DNA from: Octopus sinensis
Taxonomy: Eukaryota
Direction: 5' to 3'
DNA length: 64,000 bases
NCBI RefSeq assembly: GCF_006345805.1
Contig: NC_042999.1
Location: 53,196,001 to 53,260,000, forward strand
Of the stretch, positions 14,218 to 24,879 are shown piece by piece. Each line of letters opens with the position of its first letter. Positions within the stretch are counted from its first letter, which is position 1. The notes below the pieces were generated by a model. That model was not told where the DNA came from. It ran no database searches and saw nothing but the letters and a program-made list of their open reading frames with translations. The position numbers and the translations under genes are program-made.

Positions 14218-14847
14218 CAGTCAACATGCTAGATATAGACGTCGAATCGCCATTCTCCACAAAAGATTATGTTCTCAGATCAAACTCAACACCAACCCGA
14301 GCAATAAACAAGTGAAAATATACGAAAAATAATACTCATCCATGTACTGAATCAGTTTCGACTATTATTATCCGTAAGGATACACGTAGTCTTCGTCAGC
14401 ATGGCCGATATGAATGAAATCTGCTGAACTAGATGCAAAAACGATACCGGAGTATCATCATGTGCGTGGAGTTCAACCGATTACATCCGAATGTGTATTT
14501 CAAATGCCTATCACCTTGGCGCGTTGAGACCCGAAGAAAATGGCCTGTAGCTAATAATTAGCAGCAGTCAATTTATCGGTTAGAGAAACATATTTATTTT
14601 TTTATAAATTAATTAAGGGTAGAAATCAATATTTATCAATTAAAACCAGTGGTCTAACAAATTAAAAAATTCCGAAGATTAAATATTTATATATACCAAT
14701 TAAGGACTGAACACGAAAAAGTGGACAGTCAACATGCTAGTTATAGACGTCAAATCGCCATTCTCCACATTTAATCTTCGAATTTTTTTAATATGTTAGA
14801 CCACTGGTTTTAATTGATAAATATTGATTTCTACCCTTAATTAATTT
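14217..14847. repeat. PLE-like remnant: 44-bp direct repeat plus ~80-bp inverted repeat around an HHR
   Basis: Direct repeat acagtcaacatgctag..tagacgtc..atcgccattctccac at 14217-14260 and 14725-14768; inverted repeat 14606-14684 vs 14769-14847; flanked by (TA)n. Confidence 0.75.
14340..14404 (-). ncRNA. Type I hammerhead ribozyme, near-canonical
   Basis: Minus strand: ccatg-CTGACGA-a-gacta(...tatcc/ttac/ggata...)tagtc-GAAA-ctg/att/cag-TA-catgg; all three stems pair and the core matches consensus apart from one extra A after A9. Confidence 0.8.
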
Positions 14848-14889
14848 TATATATAAATACATATACATATATATATATATATATATATG

Positions 14890-15155
14890 AGAGTACGATA
14901 GAAGGCTAACACTTCTTTCTGTAGAAGAAAAAGTTCAAACCGGACCATGTAAACACCAAAAATTATTTACATCAAAAAGGTGCCTTTTTTCTATGAAAAT
15001 CCATATTTTTTACGATGTGGTAACTGCTGTGTCGCCATTTTTCGGTGTATTTCACTTAAAGAGAATAACAAGCTACATACTGCAAAATTTTTACTTTTCA
15101 AAAATTCCAATTCTTAAGGGTCTAAACAAACCGCAAAGCCGGGCGATACTGCTAG
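14890..15155 (+). mobile_element. Helitron 3' portion
   Basis: Ends gccgggcgatactgCTAG-t, identical to the 3' terminus of the 1308-1691 Helitron; the body differs and the 5' boundary is approximate. Confidence 0.65.
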
Positions 15156-15261
15156 TTATATATATATATATATACATTTATATGCATACATACATACATA
15201 CATATATATATATCTATATCTATCTATCTATCTATCTATCTATCTAATCTATCTATCTATC

Positions 15262-15301
<40 letters not shown>

Positions 15302-15335
15302 GCATACATACATAATATACATATATATATATCTA

Positions 15336-15418
<83 letters not shown>

Positions 15419-15421
<3 letters not shown>

Positions 15422-15865
15422 GTCGTTGTCTATTCTTTATGCAGAGTTTGACCATCCCATCCCCTATACTTTCACTTTTCAACCGTCATGGCATCTTATG
15501 TGGCTTTTTAAACCAGACAATGTTCTGAAAGACACCCACATAGATTGCACATCCGATTTGGATCACCAAGAGCTGCAGATAAGTTCTGATCTTTGTGGAT
15601 ATTAAAATGTCTTTTGAGGCCTCCATTAGATTTGCTAACTTCCAGGCATAGACATATAGGCAGAATAGTTGGTTCGTTTCCCATGGGTTCGCAAATGATA
15701 TTTGAGCCCAGCAAAAGAAAGGGATGGTCTATCACAATCTGTGCACACAAAAAGATCATTGTGATTCACTTTCTCGATCGTAACATTCTTCCTTAAATCC
15801 CCTTTGCATACGCTGTCCTGGCCTCTTCATACGCTTTCACACCACTCCACACTTTTGTTCGCTAT
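15419..15865 (-). mobile_element. RTE (BovB-like) LINE 3' end with three decayed C2H2 zinc fingers
   Basis: Frameshifted minus-strand peptides RTKVWSGVKAYEEAR, FVCTDCDR..FAGLKYHLRTH, C.CLEVSKSNGGLKRHFNIH, CNLCG..FRTLSGLKSHIRCH. Confidence 0.65.
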
Positions 15866-15975
15866 CCAGTTTGAACCGAAGCAAAGTTTTCTATGTCCTT
15901 GTTCCACATGAGTAGAAATGTAGGAAAAATACAAGTTGAAAATGCACTGAGAATAGTTAAGATATATTTTAGTAC

Positions 15976-16109
15976 TATATTTAAAGATTTAACCGGTTCC
16001 ACATTTTACACTCTTATGAAAAAATTGAAATAGAATGGCATGGCTTATGTCGCAATCAATGCTTTGAAAACCAGTGTAAACTGTGAAACCGGATAATTCT
16101 TTAAATATA
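15976..16109. repeat. Short inverted repeat (37-bp arms)
   Basis: tatatttaaagatttaaccggttccacattttacact vs agtgtaaactgtgaaaccggataattctttaaatata. Confidence 0.8.
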
Positions 16110-16124
16110 ATAATAATAAAAAAC

Positions 16125-16652
16125 GTGACGTACATTTGTCATTTAAATATGGCTAACTCCTACGGGTGGGGGCTACTGTAGTTTGTAGCCCCAGGAGGAC
16201 ACCTCCTCCAGCTGGCAATAGACACACTTTCTGTGCCCTGTCAGTATTTCCAAAGGGAAGCCATCCTTCCGGTCTCCAACTTATGATACACACGGATTCG
16301 AGTTTCTGGGTATTGACCCGTCATCGGCGTGTGACAATTACAGTTGTCGATGAAAAGTAGGTTCCCTTCAAAAATACATATACTTTTTCCAGTATCGTAA
16401 AAACACTGATATCGAAAAAGTGTAAAGAAGCAATTATAAATCTTAGAGTGAGTTATAAACAGTAGCTGCAACACATAGTGGCGTATATTTGCCATTTAAA
16501 TATGGCTAACCCCTAAGGATGGATGCTACTGTAGTTTGTAGCCCAGGAGGACACACTTTCTGTGCCCTATCAGTATTTGCGAAGGGAAGCCATCCTTCCT
16601 GTCGCCAATTTATGATACACACAGACTCGAGCTTCTGGGTATTGATCCGTCA
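16125..16652 (-). mobile_element. About 1.5 tandem copies of a 353-bp HHR-bearing unit (retrozyme-like or PLE pLTR tandem)
   Basis: gtgacgtacatttgtcatttaaatatggctaa at 16125 recurs at 16478; the second copy stops inside the ribozyme core. Confidence 0.75.
16289..16333 (-). ncRNA. Minimal type I hammerhead (U4C variant)
   Basis: cacacg-CCGATGA-c-gggt/caat/accc-a-GAAA-ctcgaa-TC-cgtgtg; the second copy (~16618-16652) has a palindromic ctcgag stem III. Confidence 0.7.
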
Positions 16653-17122
16653 AGATTTATTATTAATTATAAAAAAATAGTCTCACTATTTCTCAGAACC
16701 TTTTCAACTTCTGTTTTTCCTATAGTATTTTTAATTTTTGCTCTCATTTAGAATAATTGACCTGTCTGTACTAGGAAGGAAAACCCTACTAGGTAGACGT
16801 AACGTGGTGTTAGAACAGAAAATTGCTTATCTTATATTTGATGCTGACACAAGTTCACGGGTGTGTACAGAAGTAGTTGATCGGTATATTTCTCACCGGG
16901 AGTTCATTGTTTTATAGGCAATTTCATAAATATGTAGAAGTTTAACCTTTATGCTTTCATTAAATGCTCAAATTGAATGTTTTTAATAAATATTTTTACA
17001 ATCCCGTTCCAAACGTGGGTGCTTTATATTGTTTTGTCATGTTATATAAAGCCAACATGAAGTCACATTCATCACAGACACAATCCGAGACGAGGTAACT
17101 GACATATATATAACCGGTGATA

Positions 17123-17168
<46 letters not shown>

Positions 17169-17170
17169 TA

Positions 17171-17435
17171 TCACCGTCACCGTGACAGACCAGGCTATCA
17201 GATGTTGCTACGCATCGCTGGTCACAATGCGCTTCGCATTGTTTAGCCTTCACATGACGCCACCCCGCTGGCTAAGCGGGCAGGCCAACGGAAGAAACAG
17301 TGAGAGAAAGTTGTGGCGAAAGAGAACCGCAGGGATCGCCACCACCCCCTGCTTTAGGTGTTTTCGCTCAATAAACACTCGCAGCGATCCTACGACCGCG
17401 AGTCTGCTGCTCTAACCACTGGTCATTGCGCCTCC
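17171..17435 (-). mobile_element. SINE family C, tail type 1
   Basis: tRNA-like head ggaggcgcaatgaccagtggttagagcagcagactcgcggtcgtagga; shares its tail (gcgcattgtgaccagcgatg...ctggtc) with 41311. Confidence 0.85.
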
Positions 17436-17570
17436 TACATATATATCATATATATATATATATATATATATATAGGGAAGCTTTATGAAAATAGACAAAA
17501 GACGAAGGCAGGTGGAAAACAAACGAACAATTGCATTAGTATGGCGCTCAGGAAATATAAATAAAACAAG

Positions 17571-17608
17571 TCTTTAACGTTTCGAGCCTACGCTCTTCAA
17601 CAGAAAGA
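17571..17608 (-). ncRNA. Minimal hammerhead variant (A6U, extra A) in PLE pLTR
   Basis: tcttt-CTGTTGA-a-gagc/gtag/gctc-GAAA-cg-TT-aaaga. Confidence 0.7.
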
Positions 17609-18030
17609 TACACAGAGAGAAAAAAAACACAGAAAGAAGGAGAGAAAAAAACTGCGTGCAGTAGCTAACGAATCAACATGGCGATCTGATTTCGGCCAGA
17701 GGTCAAAGATCAAACATGAGACGCGAGAGCGAAATAAGGGGAGATAATAGGGTTGATAATAGGGTTGAAGGACCAGCTAATAGTGCGTAGGAGGGGTCTG
17801 GACGTGTGTATGTATAGGGTTGGTGTATGTATTAGTATGTATAAGGGTGTGTGTGTGTGTGTATGAGAGAGTACTAGTGCGTAGGATTGGTCTGCACGTG
17901 CGTATGTATGGGGTTGGTGTATGTATTAGTATGTATTGGTATGTATTAGTACGTATTAGTATGTATTAGTTGGTGTATGTATTAGTATGGCACATCATAT
18001 ATGATGTGATGTGTAAAGTCGTGTGGTGTA

Positions 18031-18380
18031 ATGAGGAGAAGAGGGGTAGGGGGAGAATGTGGGAGAGGGGGGAGAAGGGGGAGAAGGGGGAGAAGGGGGA
18101 GAAGGGGGAGAAGGGGGGAATGGGAGGGGAATAAAAGGGGGAGGAGAGGGGGGAAGAGGAGAGGAGGGGGGGAAGGAGGGAAGAAGGAAGGGAGGGAGGG
18201 GAGGAAGGAGGAAAGAGGGAGAGGGGGAGAGAGAAGGGGAGAGGGGAGTGAGGGAAGCAGGGAAGGGGAAGAGGGTAGGAGGGAGGGAGAAAGAGGGAGA
18301 GGGAAGGGATAGGGGTGAAAGGATGAAGGACTGAAGAAGTAGGGGTCGGGGGGGAAAGGATAGGTGAGGAGGGGGGAGAG
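18031..18380. repeat. Polypurine/polypyrimidine tract with (GGGGAGAAG)n
   Basis: About 350 bp almost entirely G/A on the plus strand; lies in the PLE 3' UTR. Confidence 0.95.
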
Positions 18381-18416
18381 TTGAGACCAAATGGCGTATA
18401 AGAGCGAGAGAGAAGA

Positions 18417-19706
18417 TTAATTACTGTTCACGGCGCAAACGGGAATCCGGATGGCCTCTGTGTAAGGACAACCGAACAAGATAGGTGTTGCAAGGAGTGA
18501 CCGTGGAGCGGAATGGCGTGAGACCGGTGTGTCGTTCGCAAGGTGGATGTCACGAAGGTGTTCCGCGAACCGGTCAGCCAAGCGGCGTCCCGGGTGTCCG
18601 ATGTACAAGGAATTGCAGAGAGAGCAAGAGATGCAATAGATATTTGCTGGAGGTGCAGGTGAAGGAGTGGATGATGGGATAGGGTCGATGGTGGGTGCTA
18701 GTGAGGCGGGTGGTGTTGGAGAAGTAAGGGCAAGTGCGGCAACGTGGGCGGGAGCAGGGGAACGAGCCGGGTTGGGAGGTAGGGTCAGGGAAGGAGCTAT
18801 GGACCAAAAGGTCTCGAAGGTTGTGGGCTCGTTTGAAAGAGGAGAGGGGTCGGTTAGGAAGAGGTGTGAAGTGGACGGGTCGGACTGGAGATGACGGAAA
18901 GCTCGAAGAATTGTGCGTTGGAGACGTAGGGTCGTGGGGTGGTAAGTGAGGGGAAAAGGGAGGCGGGAGACTACAGGGCGGGTTCGGGGAGAAAGAGCAG
19001 ATACACGGTCCACGGACCGTGCTCTGGCAAGGGCGGTGTGGATAGTGGTGAAGGGGTATCCACGTAGGGTGAAGTGGTGAGCCATACGTTGAGACTGAGT
19101 CTCAAAGTGGTCGTCACTATAGAGCCTACGTAGACGGAGGAATTGGGAATAGGGGATGGAAAGCTTGGTGTGGTTCTGGGTGGGAGGAAGAGAAGTTGAG
19201 GTATGGTGTGGTGGAGTCTGTGTGTGTTTGTAGTGAATGGAGGTGGTAAGAGTGGAGTGAAGAATGCTAACCGAAATGTCGAGGAAGGAGACAGAGGTGT
19301 TGGAGATAGTGGAAGTGAAGTGGAGGTCTGGATGGAAAGATTGGACGAAAGAGAGGAAGGAATCTAGATGTTCGCGGGAGAGTGAGGTGGCACCGATAAT
19401 GTCGTCGATGTAACGACCATATAGTTCAGGAGTGGGACCAGTGAAATTAGAGAATATTTGGGCCTCAACATAGCCAACGAACAGGTTCGCATAGTTGGGG
19501 CCCATTCGCGTTCCCATGGCCACTCCCGAGATCTGATGGTAGAACTCGTCCGCGAATGAGAAGCAGTTCAGAGTAAGGACAAGTTCGGCCAGACGAATGA
19601 GTGTGGAGGTGTCAGGTACAGGGTTAGAGCGGAGGTCAAGAAAGTGTCGAAGGGCCTGCAGTCCTTCGTGGTGAGGGATAACAGTATAGAGGCTTTGGAT
19701 GTCCAT
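18417..19706 (-). pseudogene. PLE reverse transcriptase + GIY-YIG endonuclease (frameshifted, 5' truncated)
   Basis: MDIQSLYTVIPH, GVAMGTRMGPNYANLFVG, RYIDD, FLDISV, IPYSQFLRLRR; Cys linker CSRPRCRTCPY in another frame; NIYCISCSLCNSLYIG..GRRLADRFAEH. Confidence 0.92.
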
Positions 19707-19744
19707 AGTAAAAAGGATATATATATATATATATACGATGTATT

Positions 19745-20020
19745 GATGTATTCTCCAGTTGGAGACGGTGTATCAGTGTTCAGCTTTTACCGCAAGACCT
19801 GCACAAATGATTTGTTTATAGTGATCTAAAGTATGTGCTCTACATTAGCTCACCTGTCCCTTCATCAAATCGACGTTAACTGAACAGGTGTCACGGTGTG
19901 CCATGTGATCACAGAGCAAAGTGAGAGGAAGTGTTTTGCTCAAGAACACAGCGAACCGTCAAGTCTAAGAATTAAAATCACGATCGATAGATCACCCTAA
20001 CCACTGGTCTATCCGCCCTC
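19745..20020 (-). mobile_element. Degenerate SINE, family D-like
   Basis: agagcaaagtgagaggaagtgttttgctcaagaacaca...ctaaccactg resembles the 31145-31474 element. Confidence 0.55.
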
Positions 20021-20028
20021 ACTATACG

Positions 20029-20110
20029 GAAGAGATGTGGCGTGGATTTCTACCTCGGCATCCGAAACTCGGAGTTTTATCTTGGCTACCGAATAATTGT
20101 TACATATTAT
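20029..20110 (+). mobile_element. 5'-truncated copy of the HHR-bearing repeat at 48.5 kb
   Basis: gaagagatg...gtggatttc...tcggcatccGAAActcggagTTttatcttgg aligns with 48610-48690. Confidence 0.65.
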
Positions 20111-20386
20111 ATATATATTATATTTTTATATTTTGAAGATCATCCATTTTCATTTAGCAAAGTCAATGCTGCATTGCCCCGTGTGAATATTTTATCTTCT
20201 CTGAAAACAGAGAATACTCCAATAAATGAAGAATTTATATTGTCTGAAATGTAAATTTATTCAAGTTTCTTTTCTTTTTCCCAATACATGCCACGGGCCA
20301 GTTTTAGTCGCTTATTTTAACTCCTTTGAATATTGCACACACACACACATACAGACTTATTTTTATTCATAGACCCATATGTACGC

Positions 20387-20488
<102 letters not shown>

Positions 20489-20521
20489 TGTGTGTGTGTG
20501 TGGTGTGTGTGGTGTGTGTGT

Positions 20522-20561
<40 letters not shown>

Positions 20562-21024
20562 TGCTTGTGTGAGAATTACAGAGATATATTGCATAGCAAG
20601 TGACTTGATCTGAGATCGTGTGGTGAAACAAAAACAATTGCCGTGTGGAAGGCATTTAAGAACACACAAAAACCGTTAGCATTATTCCAACTTCTATACT
20701 TAATTTGTGTCAAAATACTTTCTTCGCTTTGAAATCGCGACCTGTTCAGTGACAAATCTTCTTGCTGCATCTCTATTCGGGCAGCACGAAGCTTTTTTCA
20801 TGCAACACGATTTATTGTCATTGGACAGGTCACTATTTTCAAAGCGAAGAAAATATTTTGACAGAAATTAAATTTAAATGTTGAAGTGAAAATAACGGAT
20901 TTTGTGTGATCTTAAATGCCGTACAAACATCTTCCACACTGCAATACACACTCACACACACGCACACACACACACACACACATACACACACACAAACACA
21001 CACAAACACACACACCCAAACAAA

Positions 21025-21752
21025 CGACAACATTAACATAAGCTGGATCGCTCATATAAACAGCAAAGTTGACAGGGACCGAAGAATATGCTCCTGGATT
21101 CTCAGAACTTTCCAGTCGAGACATATCCACACAATTATCCTTCTCATCTCCACTTTTGCCCGACCCCACCTTGAATACTATCGTCCACTGTAGTATCACC
21201 ACACGAAACAAAGTATCATAAAAATTGAAGCACCTCAAATGTCAATTACAAAAATGATAGACGGCATGACAGGCCTTGACTATTGGGTTCGACTAGAAAA
21301 GCTCAAGCTTTATTCCCTCCAATGCCGCTGTGAGTGCTTCATCATGTACATGACATGGGAAATATTCCATCAGCGTTACCCAAATTATGTTGGCATCGCC
21401 TTTAAGATACACCCAAGACTTTGGCCCCGTGCTATCCGCCCAAAGCATAAATCATAATCGCATCACATAACAATACGGAACATTTATTTCATCTCAATTG
21501 GCCCCGTTCGCTTTAACATTACACCAAAACACATTAAAGCAAAATCAAGCCCCATAAAGTTCAAGTCTTTGGACAAATTCCTTTAAAAAATCCCGGATAA
21601 ACATCCATCCTACAGGCTGATGTGACTCCGTAAACAATAACTCTCTAGTCGAGTGGGCCATGTTGTCCGATTCCTGATTTGAATGACTTAATAGGTGGTG
21701 CTATTAAGTTAGACAAGGCCTGGGACAATACTGGCCGAAACCTATCAAAGTA
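21025..21752 (+). mobile_element. CR1-group LINE 3' end
   Basis: ISWIAHINSKV..ICSWILRTFQSR..FARPHLEY and GLDYWVRLEKLKLYSLQ; 3' tail shared with 47830-48458. Confidence 0.85.
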
Positions 21753-21784
21753 TATATATGTGTGTGTGTGTGTGTGTGTGAGTG

Positions 21785-21990
21785 TGTGTTTGTCCCACCA
21801 CCATCACTTAACAACCGATATAGGTGTGTTTATGTCCTCGTAACTTAGCGGTTCGGTTAAAGAGACCCATCGAATAACTACTAGGCTAACAATGAATGAG
21901 TGCTGGGGTCGATTTGTTCGACTAAAGGCGGTGTTTCAGTATGGCCGCATTTAAATAAACTGACTGAAAGAAATAAAGGAATAAAGGAGT
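21785..21990 (+). mobile_element. SINE family B, 3' half
   Basis: tttgtcccaccaccatc..acaaccga..taacttagcggttcgg..ggggtcgatttgttcgactaaaggcggtg. Confidence 0.8.
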
Positions 21991-22007
21991 ATATATAATA
22001 TATATAT

Positions 22008-22068
<61 letters not shown>

Positions 22069-24879
22069 TTCTCCCTAAGTTCCCATGTCTAAAATGTGTC
22101 TTTCTTGTGATGTGTACATATATATGTGTGCGTGCCTGCGTATGCATGTGTGTATGCGTGTATGCATATATGTTTGTATGCACGCGTGTGTGTTTATTCC
22201 ACATTCGTGTGGAATTTTTCCTTCCTCTCTTCAAATACTTAGCCTCATGCTCCTATTAAGTGTACAGATAAATGTCAGATGACAGCTTATTAATTAGTTG
22301 TTTCAATAAATAAAATGGTTACAGAATCCAAATAGAGATTTTCTTAATTGGATGACAAACAGAAACTTCACATTTGCTAAACCATCAGCTCACAAAATTA
22401 TTTCATAAATAAGCTTCTACTAAAATTTATCGATTTCCTACATAAAGAAATAGAAACTGAAGTAATTGAATTTTCATGTTACTTGTTAGCTGTAATTTAA
22501 TTTCTGTTAGTTGAAATATTTACAAAATATTTTCTATTCCTCTCAGTTCAAATGTCTCTCTCCTTACTGTCAGTAATTTATTTCAATATATACTAATAAT
22601 CGGCATATGCATGCACACTTAAAGACATGATTGCAAAACTTGGAAAATAATTTCACTTCAAGTTGCTCCTAATTCTGGTAAGTTTTCAGTTTACTGAGAG
22701 ATTGTATTTTAGTTTAGCGATAACTAGAAAAAAAAAAAGAAAAAAAAACGTAGCCTGAGGTTTCCAAATGGTGAGGATCGAGAGCTGGTAATTTATATTA
22801 TAACGAGATTTCGCTAATCCATTGCGGTATTCCGTTTTAATGGTATCGTGAATCTGAGCAGTGAATGGAAATTAGGGAGTGAATTTCACCCTACTGGAAA
22901 TTGTCGCAGATACTAATAAGTTCTATCGTCTTTATTGAAATTGATACAAACTTTTCTGCATCATACACACACATATATATATACACACACACATACATCA
23001 TATTAAAAGCTATGTAAATTTATATTTAATGCGTTTTCTGCATATTCATTTGTGGAACTCTTTTGGCTGTAGTAAATGTTACAGGAAATTTCTAGGAGAC
23101 GATCTAGTGGAAAACTGCCGGTATTACCTATGAATGGTGATCAAAATGTAGAAAACGTGTCTCTCATTCGTTTAATACTATCAGCTGAAGAAACCTAATT
23201 TGTTACTTATAGTACACTAAATACTGTTGTTCTTATTCTAAGCAGCAAACAGTATATTTTCTGACGCCATTAATACCCCAGCTGACTGGAGTTTTTCGTC
23301 ATACACATTGTCTCAAAGGAGAATTCCTTACCAAAATATTTATTGTCATTTGAGTATACATGGAGGTCTTAAATGTATGTACATAACTTGATTTTAATCA
23401 CTGCTATTTACTGTGGTTTTAATTAATTAATTCCAGCCTGACAAAGCTTTATACACTATGGTACATTTATTATTTGTTGTTTGTATATATAAAAGCGGTA
23501 GTTATAAGCTGGCTATGAAGGGATGAATCAGTGCATGAAGGGCTGGATCTGATGAATCGTAAAACACATGTCCAATATGTATAGCCTAGGCCGATATCAT
23601 ATCACAAAGATTGTCTATAGGAAAAGTTCCCTTCTAAAACGGTTATTGCAGCAAATGTAGCCCCGCGTATGAGTGTCCATGAATGTATTATATAAAAATG
23701 CGTGTAACTGTATGCGTATATGTGTATAGTTAAACTTAAATGTTGATTTCATTGATATAAAAAGAGGATTCATAAGAAATATTTATAGACCTTAGGGTTT
23801 CATTTGTGACTTATTAGTTACTTTTCTGTCTAGAAACGCAATGCTTCGAAATCTGCCTTAATTAAATCGGATTTGCTGATTTGTGAATAACGCATTCTTG
23901 AAAATTACTTCTAGCAATACAATATTGGTGTATTAACAAAGTTTTGTTTCAATACTGTATTACAACCTCTAGCTATATATCTGAGAGGTCATTCCGTTCA
24001 GTAGACGCTTCTATTCACTGGTATCCATGTTAATAACAATTTAGTCAGTAAATTGAAAGCAAAACTGAGTATATATGTGCATATACGTACATGAATATTA
24101 TTATTCATATGTACAAACATTCATACACATACATGTATATATATATATATACACCCACACACTCACATATATAGCGAGGTAAATAGTAATAAAGACATAC
24201 ATTGCTACAAAGATATAGAAACAAATACATATATACATACATATGTGCATACATAAATATATACATACACACATAATTGCTTACATACAGAAAGAGAAAC
24301 GTAGGTAGAGAAGCAGACATACAGAGCGCTTGATAGAGAGATAGAAAGATAGATAGATAGTTAGATAGATAGATAGAAGACGAAACTATCATCTCAAATA
24401 TAATGAGATTATTTCTTCGTAAAGAAATCATTAAAAAAAAAGCTATGCAACTTCAATTTCATTTCTCTAATATAAATTTTGCATAAAGAAACAAATACTT
24501 GCAGCCACTCCGTATACAATAAAAGTGTGTTCCATAAAACATTAAATCAAATCCGTATAATTTATATTCCCAGTAGTGACACGTGTATAACATTATACAC
24601 CCAACATCACCGTTTTCTGCAGATAATTGAAAAATCTAATATGAACTACATGTTTATAGAAGCCTTGGATGGGGCATCGTAAGTTTTAGAAATTTAAGGC
24701 ATTTTGGTGAAGTTTTAGAGAAAGATATTTTGCGAATATAGCAAGAATTTATTTTTATGCGAGATGTTCTCAAAGGATTCGATAAATATGAAGAAATGAA
24801 TGATCAAAGTTGATTTATAAGCAAAAACTGACGGTTAGGTATTTACTTATAAAACGAAGTTCTCCAGTTATACTTGGCA

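Larger units (their letters stand above)
17473..19708 (-). mobile_element. 5'-truncated Penelope-like element (Neptune-like) with pyrimidine-rich 3' UTR and pLTR/HHR
   Basis: RT and GIY-YIG coding remnant followed by a pLTR-like segment (17473-17700) that recurs as a solo copy at 56618-56830; both ends abut (TA)n. Confidence 0.9.

Noticed and set aside
17995-18390. Pro-rich and Gly/Arg/Glu-rich ORFs
   Set aside because: Product of the polypurine tract in the PLE 3' UTR
22260-22560. Homeodomain-like TAAT/TGACAG/CATAAA clusters (also at 250-345)
   Set aside because: Expected by chance at this AT content and no conservation data are available
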